A stretch of 64,000 nt of DNA, from the NCBI GenBank assembly GCA_951406725.2, contig OX597816.1, positions 21,018,001 through 21,082,000 on the forward strand. The letters run 5' to 3'. This stretch comes from Octopus vulgaris (taxonomy: Eukaryota). The position numbers and the translations under genes are program-made. Each line of letters begins with the position of its first letter. Position 1 is the stretch's first letter. Below the pieces are notes generated by a model. It was not told the DNA's origin. It saw only the letters and a list, made by a program, of their open reading frames with translations, and searched no databases. Below are positions 25,218 to 35,600 of this stretch, in pieces.

Positions 25218-27470
25218 ATGGGAGTCTTTGGATGGTTTCGTAATGCCATGGGATGGGTTAGTAGCGGATTGAAAAGTGCGGCTAAAGGAGTGGGAGGGAT
25301 TCTTAGTGGTGCAGGGGAATTGGTTGGTAGTGGAATGGAATGGCTTGGTAATGGAATAGAAGATGTCGGCAGTGGAGCGGAATTCGTTGGTAGTACAGTG
25401 GAATCACTTGGTACTGGAGTGGAGTCAGTGGCTAGTGGCACGAATAATGCTGTGAATAAAGTGAAATCTAAACTAAAACAGGCTGGTAGCGGAGTCGTGA
25501 AGGTTGCTTGTTGTGGTGCAAAATTAGTTAGAAGTCAAGTAGAAACAGTTGGGACTAAAGTGCGATTAGCTGGTGGCGTGGTGAAATCAGCTGGAGGATT
25601 GTTAGGATTAGTTGGTAAAGGATTAGCATTATTTGGCGGAGGAGTCAAAAGGGTTTCTAGTGGTGTATCGGATTTGGTTAGTGGTAAAGTGGGATTAGTT
25701 GATAGTGGAAAGGCATTCATTGGTAGTGCGGTGGAATCAGTCAGCAGTGCAGCAAAATATATTTGGAATGAAAGGGAAAAATTTGTGAATGGCGTCACAA
25801 GTGTTGTTAGTGGTGTTAGGGAACTGGTTGCTAAAGAAAGGGAATCACTTGTGAAGAAAGTGGAATCAGTTGGTGCATGTTTGCAATTAGTTGGGACAGG
25901 AGCGCAACATATTGGCACAGCATTGAAGGGATTCAAAAAGATTATTAATAAGGCAACAGAATGGGTTGGTATTAAAGAAAATATAGTGGGAAAGGGATTC
26001 GAATTCTTGGGTAAAGGAATGGAGTTTATTGGAAATGGAATGGAATTAGCTGGAAAAGGAGTGGAATCGGTTGGTAACGGAGTGGAATCAGTTGGTAAAG
26101 GAGTGCGGATTGTTGTGGATGTAGTCAAGCAGGCTTTTACTCCTGGAGTTGCATCAACTTTTAATGGGATGAAATCAGTTGTCAGCGGTGTGGGATTAGT
26201 TGGAAAGGGAATGACATCCATTAAACAAGGAGTGGGAAATATTGTGAATAGTGTCAAGAGGTTTGCTGGTCATGAAGAAAAATTAGTTGGCAATGAAGTG
26301 GAAACAGTTGGTGATGAAAATGAGACAGTTGATAGTAAAAAGGAACTGGTTTTTAGAGGGTTAGAACAATTACTTAACGGAGCCTCAAACATTGTGAATG
26401 GAGTGGAAAAGTGTTCTAAAGAAGGAAAGGAATTACTTGCTAGTGAAGTGAAAACAGCTGCTAGTGCATTGAAGACACTAGGTACAGGAGCAAATTTAGT
26501 TAGTAGTACTATTGGAGAAGTCGGTGGTGGGTTGCAAGAAGTTGGTCGCGGAGTGAGAAAAGTTGAGGATGGAATCAAGATGGATGCTAATGGTGGAAAG
26601 AAGAGGGTTGGTTGCAAAGAGGAAACACATGGGAGTAAAGTGGAAAATTTAGGTAGTAAAATGAAATTTGTTGGTGATGGGGTGGGAGAAAATGTTGGCG
26701 GAGTGAAAACAGTTTCGAATGGAATGGAAAAGTGTTCTAAAGAAGGAAAGGAATTACTTGCTAGTGAAGTGAAAACAGCTGATAGTGCATTGAAAACACT
26801 TGGTACAGGAGCAAATTTAGTTAGTAGTACTATTGGAGAAGTCGGTGGCGGGTTGCAAGAAGTTGGTAGCGGAGTGAGAAAAGTTGAAGATGGAATCAAG
26901 ATGGATGCTAATGGTGGAAAGAAGAGGGTTGGTTGCAAAGCGGAAACATTTGGGAATAAAGTGGAAAATTTAGGTAGTAGAATGAAATTAGTTGGTGACG
27001 GGGTGGGAGTAATTTGTGGCGGAGTGAACACAGTTGCGAATGGAATGGAAAGGTTTTCTAAAGAAGGAAAGGAAATACTTGCTGGTGAAGTGGAAACAGC
27101 TGCTAGTGCATTGAAAACACTTGGTAGAGGAGCAAATTTAGTTGGTAGTACCATTGGAGAATTCGGTGGTGGGTTGCAAGAAGTTGGTAGCGGAGTGAGT
27201 AAAGTTGAGGATGGAATCATGATGGACGCTAATGGTGGAGAGGAGGGGGTTGATTCCAAAGCGGAAACATTTGGGAGTAAAGTGGAAAATTTTGGTAGTG
27301 GAATGAAATTAGCTGGTAATGGGGTGGGAGTAATTGGTAGCGGAGTGACAAAAATTGCGAATGGAATGGAAAGGATTTCTAAAGAATTAAATGAATTACT
27401 TGGTAGAGAAGTGAATACCGCCGCTACAGATGGAGATGAATTTGCTGTTATTGGGGCGGAGGTAGTTTGA
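25218..27470 (+). CDS. Hypothetical 750-aa Gly/Val/Ser/Lys/Glu-rich heptad-repeat protein with three 107-aa units
   Basis: Uninterrupted 2.25-kb ORF with no TE motifs. G-x-E-x-V-G-S heptads throughout, amphipathic N-terminus MGVFGWFRNAMGWVSSGLKSAAKG, acceptor and conserved module upstream. Stop may be premature (GGA in the duplicate). Confidence 0.7.
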   Translation: MGVFGWFRNAMGWVSSGLKSAAKGVGGILSGAGELVGSGMEWLGNGIEDVGSGAEFVGSTVESLGTGVESVASGTNNAVNKVKSKLKQAGSGVVKVACCGAKLVRSQVETVGTKVRLAGGVVKSAGGLLGLVGKGLALFGGGVKRVSSGVSDLVSGKVGLVDSGKAFIGSAVESVSSAAKYIWNEREKFVNGVTSVVSGVRELVAKERESLVKKVESVGACLQLVGTGAQHIGTALKGFKKIINKATEWVGIKENIVGKGFEFLGKGMEFIGNGMELAGKGVESVGNGVESVGKGVRIVVDVVKQAFTPGVASTFNGMKSVVSGVGLVGKGMTSIKQGVGNIVNSVKRFAGHEEKLVGNEVETVGDENETVDSKKELVFRGLEQLLNGASNIVNGVEKCSKEGKELLASEVKTAASALKTLGTGANLVSSTIGEVGGGLQEVGRGVRKVEDGIKMDANGGKKRVGCKEETHGSKVENLGSKMKFVGDGVGENVGGVKTVSNGMEKCSKEGKELLASEVKTADSALKTLGTGANLVSSTIGEVGGGLQEVGSGVRKVEDGIKMDANGGKKRVGCKAETFGNKVENLGSRMKLVGDGVGVICGGVNTVANGMERFSKEGKEILAGEVETAASALKTLGRGANLVGSTIGEFGGGLQEVGSGVSKVEDGIMMDANGGEEGVDSKAETFGSKVENFGSGMKLAGNGVGVIGSGVTKIANGMERISKELNELLGREVNTAATDGDEFAVIGAEVV
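26403..27365 (+). repeat. Three in-frame 321-bp (107-aa) tandem units
   Basis: Unit starts at 26403, 26724, 27045; next boundary 27366. Confidence 0.95.
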
Positions 27471-28900
27471 GCGGAATTATTTTGTAGTGAAGGGGCAAAA
27501 ATTAGTAGTGAACTTGTAGGGGTTGATAATTGTGTGGAAATAATTGTTTGCGCTGCCAGAGAAATTTCGAATGGAATTGAGATGCCTACTAGTGGTAGAA
27601 AGGAATTAATTGATAATGAATTAGCTGGCAATGTACCAAAATCCGTTTCTAGAGGAGTCGAATTAGTTATTAATGGTGCGGAACTAGTCTGTAGTGGAGT
27701 CAGAAAATTTGCGAATGGAATTGAAATGGTCGCAAACGGTGGAGAGGAATTAGTTGCTAGTGGATTGGCATTAGTTGGCAGCGGATTGGAACAAGTCGGT
27801 ACGGGAGTCAGAACAGTTACAAGTGGAATAGAAATGGTCTCTAATCTTGGAGAGGGATTGTTTGGCAGAGAAAAAGAAGTAATTGAACGTGGCGTGGAAT
27901 TAGTTGGTAAAGGAGTGAAAGTGGTTACAATGGGATTAGCTCGTGGTGGGGTAAAGCTATATGTTAGAAAACGTAGCGGGTCGTTGGTAGCGAATGGAAT
28001 TGAAACGTATGGTACTAGCGAAGAGGAATTAGTTGGTATTGGGTGTTGAACAATTGGTAGCGGTGTCAGAAGAAATGCAAAATGAATTGATATGGTTGCA
28101 AGGTGTTGTGAAAAATTAAGTGGTAGTAAAATTGGATTAATTGAAAATGGAGTGGAATAAGTTTCTGGACGGAATTAGTTGGTAGTGAAGTAGAATTGTT
28201 AGTGCAGTGGAATTAGTTGGTAGTGGGGTGGAGTTAGTTGGAAGTAGGGTGGAGTTAGTTGCTAGTGGGATGGAGCTAGTTGGTAATGGGGTGGCACTAG
28301 TTGGTAGTGGGGTGAATTTAGTTGGTAGTGGGGTGGCACTAGTTGGTAGTGGGGTGGCACTAGTTGGAAGTAGGGTGGTGTTAGTTGGTAGTGGGGTGGA
28401 GCTAGTTGATAGTGGGGTGGAGCTTGTTAGTATTGGGTTGGAGATAGATGGTAGTGGGGTGGAGCTAGTTAATAGTGGGGTGGAACTAGTTGGTATTGGG
28501 GTGGAGTTAGTTGCTAGTGGGGTGGAGCTAGTTAGTAGTGGGGTGGAGCTAGTTGGTAGTGGGGTAGCACTAGTTGGTAGTGGGGTGGAGTTAGTTGCTA
28601 GTGGGGTGGAGTTAGTTGCTTGTGGTGCTAGTTGGTAGCGAAGAAAAATTTGTTGGTTGTTGAGTGGAATTAGTTGGTACAGTTAGGTTTAGTTGGTAGT
28701 GGAAAGTAATTTGGACTGGAATTAGTCGGTAGTGGAGTTGGATTAGTTGGTAGTAGGGTACGATTTGTTGGTAATGAAGTGGTTTTAGTAACATGTGGGG
28801 TGTACTAGTTAGCAGCGAAGTCGGAATATTTGCGAATGTAATGGAGAGGGTTGCTTGTTGCCGAGAGAAGTTAGTTTGTAGTGCAGTGGAATTAGCTTGT
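27471..28900 (+). pseudogene. Interrupted continuation of the heptad protein, including a 21-bp (GVELVGS)n array at ~28205-28630
   Basis: Same frame stays open past the TGA to 28049. Unit ggggtggagttagttggtagt repeated about 20 times, with stops and indels between blocks. Confidence 0.7.
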
Positions 28901-29085
28901 AGAAGAGTAAAAGGAGTTGCTAGAGGAGTAGAACATTGTTGATACTGGGGTGGAATGAGTTAACTGAGTCAGAAGAGTTAGAAGGGAACGGGCTGTGTGG
29001 CATTGATGGTGGTAATGTTGGGTGTAAGTTGGGTTCTCTGAAGATGGCAGCGGTCATGGATGGTATTTGATAATGGTCAAAACAG

Positions 29086-29318
29086 GGCGGCGAGCTGGCA
29101 GAAGGGTTAGCACGCCGGGCGAAATGCTTTGCGGTATTTCGTCTGCCGTTACGTTGTGAGTTCAAATTCCGCCGAGGTCGACTTTGCCTTTCATCCTTTC
29201 GGGGTCGATAAATTAAGCACCAGTTACGCACTGGGGTCGATGTAATCGGCTTAATACCTATGCCTGTCCTTGTTTGTCCCCTCTATGTTTAGCCCATTGT
29301 GGGTAATAAAGAAATAGA
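29086..29318 (+). mobile_element. tRNA-derived SINE (octopus-type) with 19-bp target-site duplication
   Basis: Head ggcggcgagctggcagaa...gagttcaaattccgcc (A/B boxes), tail aataaagaaata. TSD tatttgataatggtcaaaa at 29064-29082 and 29319-29337. Confidence 0.92.
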
Positions 29319-30294
29319 TATTTGATAATGGTCAAAAAGGATGTAGTTGTTTCTGATGAAGACGAATTGGTGATAATGAACTTATCAAGTAGAAGTAGAT
29401 GGATGTAATTGTTAGGAATTGTATAGAAATGGAATACAGAATTATCGATAATCATATTAAAAAGACAAGCAATGCCACTCAACCACACAGAACAGAAAAG
29501 CGCATACAGTGGGCAGGGGGGGGGCATATCAGATGTATAATTCACCACATACACGTACAGGGAATAGGGGAACGCGCATCAAACACCTTAGAACGACGCC
29601 ACACACAGTGGACAGGGAAGAATACATCAGCTGGGGTGGATCTGAACACGACATGGTTTTGGCCTTCTACCACATCTTGACACTGTTGCTATAACAGTGA
29701 GTTATTGTGGCTATGGTTTGGAAATGTTCCTCTTGTAGGAACCTGCACATTTGTAGTTCTTGGACTGATTTGACAAATTTATAACAACAACAAAGACAGC
29801 ATACAGCAGCAATATCAATAACAAAAACAGTAGCAAAAAAGATATTGTGTTAGAAAGGAGATATGTACGAAACAAATACCAGCAGAAACACTATCATCAC
29901 AACCATAACAATCATCACCGCAACCCACACTACAATGACCACCACATCGTAATCACCACTAGAACCATCACGTCAGCCACTACTTTTATAACCACTGCTG
30001 CTGCTTCCAATAGCACCACCATCAATACTACCAATATCATACAGACGGAGTCGGTGACGAAAAGAGTTTGACCACTGGAAGAGAGTAACCAATGAAAATT
30101 ATATGTAGAAGCTTCGACATGTCGAAAAGTCAGCTACGCTTTCACAGGACATGGAACTTGTTTAGCAGAGAAAATCGTCTGTTGAAATAACTATATGACT
30201 AAACTCTAAACCATGTATTGAGTGGTGGCATATTGGTCTTTGTTCTATAAGCTGTACAATATGTATGTACGTATCTCTCGCCTAATCTCTCTCT

Positions 30295-31045
30295 CTCTCA
30301 CTACGTCTTCGAGCCCTCAAAAAAACACTATTACAACGCCAATGTCCCTCCAACTTTATTGAGTATGAAATAAAACGCGCCAAAGAACTAGACAACAATA
30401 CACTGAAAACCACCCAACCCAACAACACACACAACCCCAAAATACTTCCATACATTTCCACCCACAACCCCCAAAATATCGAAGCATACACCACAATCAT
30501 ACAAAACCTCACTCTACTGTAAACAGTCCCAAAAATGAAAAACATTATAAATACACACAAAATCCTCAAATGTAAAAGGCAACACAAATCTTTAAAAAAA
30601 CTCTTGACAAATGCCAAACTTCACACACCACATCCACCCCCAGCAGTTAATGTGCACCCCCAAACTGTGGCACTTGCCCCTTCCTACTTGAAGGCTCTGA
30701 ATTTATCTTCAAACAAGGAACGAAGTTTAAAATCAAGACCAACTTCTCCTGTTCCTCCGAGAACCTTATCTACGTTCTCACATGCGCCGGTTGCCAACAT
30801 AATTATGTTGGATAAACGAGCCTCCCTTTACGTAAAAGAGTAGCGGTCCCTAAAGAACAAATAAATCCCCCGGAATACCGGCAAATTCCACTCAGTGACC
30901 ACATAGACTCATGCGCTAAAGACAAAATTCCCAAATTTTACATATTCCCCTTCTACCAATGTAAAGATGGAATCACCACCCAGCAGAGAATTAACAAGGA
31001 GAATCTCTATTGAAAAATTCAAAACGCATCTTAATATGCAAACTC
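30295..31045 (+). mobile_element. Penelope-like element 3' fragment (GIY-YIG with upstream Cys cluster, Neptune-like), degenerate
   Basis: LLQRQCP...IKRAK, NCGTCPFL, FSCSSENLIYVLTCAGCQHNYVG*T..LRKR, SDHIDSC. Confidence 0.8.
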
Positions 31046-32249
31046 CTTGTACTTCATACTTCTTTTTTCTATCTCATTCTTCATTGATGGACTAATACAA
31101 ATATATAATGATACCATGCAGTCATCACTTCAAGCTAAAACTTATATTCTTTATTTATCATTATTATTATTGTTGATATTATTATTATTATTTTTATTAT
31201 ATATGACATAATAATCTCATATGTAATTATAAATTGGTTTATTTAAATTTATATAAATAGAAAACAATATAAATAAAGTGTTAAAATCTGAATGTTAAGT
31301 TAGCAAACAATTATTAAAAAAAAAGATAAGGCAAATGAAGCTAAAATGATAATTTAATAATTTAAGGTTTATTAACACCTTTTATTACAAATAATTTATA
31401 AACCCAAATTGAAGAGCTTAAAACCCATAGAGTTGTCTCCCCTTATTCACAGGAACTGGACTACTACTTCCTGTTTTACCATTCACTTAAGAGACATCCT
31501 TCATTAAAATATACAACACATGGATTTAATCCCATGAATCTCAATCCTCCAGGGAAATTTTTTCAAGAACTATCATTAAACTCAAGATACACAAAGACTT
31601 AACAATGTCTCGGAGTACCTATTTTTAAATTTTTGTATATATTTATTATTATTTTTTTGAAAAAAACAATGTAATTTTCTTTATTCCCTCTCCTTAAACA
31701 TAACAAAAAAAAATTTCTTTACATTTCTTGAAAAGTCACATTGTGACTAAAACCGGTTTGAATTAATATATATATATTTTATTAATTTCTCAAAATTTTC
31801 CATACACCCATTTTCATTAAAATTTTCTTTCAAATTAGCATTCTGCCTTTTTATAATTTTTGCTTGCCTACCATTTCTCCAAGTGCGGTCAACACAACCC
31901 CCACCATTTATTGATTTATATACACAAACATACATATATATATATATATATATATGATTTGCTTAGATGTTTTTTTTAATAGTTTGTATACCTAATTGAT
32001 CAATAAATTAATGAAACAGTCATCCCACTCTGGAGCTCAAGACTTCTGTTAATCTCTGTGATTATTCTATCAAACAATCAACTCGCGAATAAGCTCGGAT
32101 TTACATTTTGTGCCTGTCATGTTATATATTTAACCCATATAGATTACTATATATCTCAAAGAACATTCTGTTAACCAGGTTCATCGCATCGAGTAGTAAC
32201 TGAAGTATTCACGTACATTTCTCGTATTTTTAAAATGTTTCTTAGGCGC

Positions 32250-32251
<2 letters not shown>

Positions 32252-32305
<54 letters not shown>

Positions 32306-32333
32306 TAACAATAACAATAACAATAACAATAAT

Positions 32334-32371
<38 letters not shown>

Positions 32372-32399
32372 TAACAATAACAATAACAATAACAATAAC

Positions 32400-32434
<35 letters not shown>

Positions 32435-32607
32435 TAACAATAATAATAACAATAACAATAATAATAACAATAACAATAACAATAATAATAACAATAACAA
32501 TAATAATAACAATAACAATAACAATAATAATAACAATAACAATAACAATAACAATAACAATAACAATAATAATAACAATAATAATAACAATAATAATAAT
32601 AATAATA

Positions 32608-32643
<36 letters not shown>
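32252..32643. repeat. (AAT/AAC)n tract switching to (ATT)n; junction of a segmental duplication
   Basis: Direct reading; runs straight into attgcgaatgg of the duplicated repeat gene. Confidence 0.95.
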
Positions 32644-35600
32644 GCGAATGGAATGGAAAAGTGTTCTAAAGAAGGAAAGGAATTACTTGCTAGTGAAGTG
32701 AAAACAGCTGCTAGTGCATTGAGAACACTAGGTAGAGGAACAAATTTAGTTAGTAGTACTATTGGAGAATTAGGTGGTGGGTTGCAAGATGTTGGTAGCG
32801 GAGTGAGAAAAGTTGAGGATGGAATCAAGATGGATGCTAATGGTGGAAAGAAGAGGGTTGGTGGCAAAGAGGAAACACTTGGGAGTAAAGTGGAAAATTT
32901 AGGTAGTAAAATGAAATTTGTTGGTGATGGGGTGGGAGTGGGAGAAATTGTGGGGAGTGAACACAGTTGCGAATGGAATGGAAAGGTTTTCTAAAGAAGG
33001 AAAGGAATTACTTGCTAGTGAAGTGAAAACAGCTGCTAGTGCATTGAGAACACTAGGTAGAGGAACAAATTTAGTTAGTAGTACTATTGGAGAAGTCGGT
33101 GGTGGGTTGCAAGAAGGTGGTCGCGGAGTGAGAAAAGTTGAGGATGGAATCAAGATGGATGCTAATGGTGGAGAGGAGAGGGTTGGTTGCAAAGAGGAAA
33201 CACTTGGGAGTAAAGTGGAAAATTTAGGTAGTAAAATGAAATTTCTTGGTGATAGGGTGGGAGTAATTGGTGGCGGAGTGAATACAGTTGCGAATGGAAT
33301 GGAAAGGTTTTCTAAAGAAGGAAAGGAATTACTTGCTAGTGAAGTGAAAACAGCTGCTAGTGCATTGAGAACACTAGGTAGAGGAACAAATTTAGTTAGT
33401 AGTACTATTGGAGAATTAGGTGGTGGGTTGCAAGATGTTGGTAGCGGAGTGAGAAAAGTTGAGGATGGAATCAAGATGGATGCTAATGGTGGAAAGAAGA
33501 GGGTTGGTGGCAAAGAGGAAACACTTGGGAGTAAAGTGGAAAATTTAGGTAGTAAAATGAAATTTGTTGGTGATGGGGTGGGAGTAATTGGTGGCGGAGT
33601 GAACACAGTTGCGAATGGAATGGAAAAGTTTTCTAAAGAAGGATAGGAATTACTTGCTAGTGAAGTGAAAACAGCTGCTAGTGCATTGAGAACACTTGGT
33701 AGAGGAACAAATTTAGCTGGTAGTACCATGGGAGAATTCGGTGGTGGGTTGCAAGAAGGTGGTCACGGAGTGAGAAAAGTTGAGGATGGAATCAAGATGG
33801 ATGCTAATGGTGGAAAGAAGAGGGTTGGTTGCAAAGAGGAAACACTTGTGAGTAAAGTGGAAAATTTAGGTAGTAAAATGAAATTTGTTGGTGATGGGGT
33901 GGGAGTAATTGGTGGCGGAGTGAACACAGTTGCGAATGGAATGGAAAAGTTTTCTAAAGAAGGAAAGGAATTACTTGCTAGTGAAGTGAAAACAGCTGCT
34001 AGTGCATTGAGAACACTTGGTAGAGGAACAAATTTAGCTGGTAGTACCATGGGAGAATTCGGTTGTGGGTTGCAAGAAGGTGGTCGCGGAGTGAGAAAAG
34101 TTTAGGATGGAATCAAGATGGATGCTAATGGTGGAGAGGAGAGGGTTGGTTGCAAAGAGGAAACACTTGGGAGTAAAGTGGAAAATTTAGGTAGTAAAAT
34201 GAAATTTCTTGGTGATAGGGTGGGAGTAATTGGTGGCGGAGTGAATACAGTTGCGAATGGAATGGAAAGGTTTTCTAAAGAAGGAAAGGAATTACTTGCT
34301 AGTGAAGTGAAAACAGCTGCTAGTGCATTGAGAACACTTGGTAGAGGAACAAATTTAGCTGGTAGTACCATGGGAGAATTCGGTGGTGGGTTGCAAGAAG
34401 GTGGTCGCAGAGTGAGAAAAGTTGAGGATGGAATCAAGATGGATGCTAATGGTGGAAAGAAGAGGGTTGGTTGCAAAGAGGAAACACTTGGGAGTAAAGT
34501 GGAAAATTTAGGTAGTAAAATGAAATTTGTTGGTGATGGGGTGGGAGAAATTGTTGGCGGAGTGAACACAGTTGCGAATGAAATGGAAAAGTTTTCTAAA
34601 GAAGGAAAGGAATTACTTGCTAGTGAAGTGAAAACAGCTGCTAGTGCATTGAGAACACTAGGTAGAGGAACAAATTTAGCTGGTAGTACCATGGTCAGAA
34701 TTCGGTGGTGGGTTGCAAGAAGGTGGTCGCAGAGTGAGAAAAGTTGAGGATGGAATCAAGATGGATGCTAATGGTGGAAAGAAGAGGGTTGGTTGCAAAG
34801 AGGAAACACTTGGGAGTAAAGTGGAAAATTTAGGTAGTAAAATGAAATTTGTTGGTGATGGGGTGGGAGAAATTGTTGGCGGAGTGAACACAGTTGCGAA
34901 TGAAATGGAAAAGTTTTCTAAAGAAGGAAAGGAATTACTTGCTAGTGAAGTGAAAACAGCTGCTAGTGCATTGAGAACACTTGGTAGAGGAACAAATTTA
35001 GCTGGTAGTACCATGGTCAGAATTCGGTGGTGGGTTGCAAGAAGGTGGTCGCGGAGTGAGAAAAGTTTAGGATGGAATCAAGATGGATGCTAATGGTGGA
35101 GAGGAGAGGGTTGGTTGCAAAGAGGAAACACTTGGGAGTAAAGTGGAAAATTTAGGTAGTAAAATGAAATTTCTTGGTGATAGGGTGGGAGTAATTGGTG
35201 GCGGAGTGAACACAGTTGCGAATGGAATGGAAAAGTTTTCTAAAGAAGGAAAGGAATTACTTGCTAGTGAAGTGAAAACAGCTGCTAGTGCATTGAAAAC
35301 ACTAGGTAGAGGAACAAATTTAGTTGGTAGTACCATTGGAGAATTCGGTGGTGCGTTGCAAGCAGTTGGTCGCGGAGTGAGAAAAGTTGAAGATGGAATC
35401 AAGATGGATGCTAATGGTGGAGGGGAGAGAGTTGGTTGCAAAGCGAAAACATTTTGGAGTATAGCGGAAAATTTTGGTAGTGGAATGAAATTAGCTGGTA
35501 ATGGGGTGGGAGTAATTGGTAGCGGAGTGACAAAAATTGCGAATGGAATGGAAAGGATTTCTAAAGAATAAAATGAATTAGTTGGTAGAGAAGTGAATAC

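Noticed and set aside
29086-29185. tRNA gene
   Set aside because: A/B boxes belong to a SINE head with body, tail and TSD; no clean cloverleaf.
29399-30071. His/Thr-rich short ORFs (also 38048-38723)
   Set aside because: Low-complexity CA-rich sequence without domain or splice support; they recur only because of the segmental duplication.
31400-31620. Minus-strand VNGKT...VNKGRQ RT-like remnant (duplicate ~39960-40170)
   Set aside because: Too short and decayed to call without an alignment.
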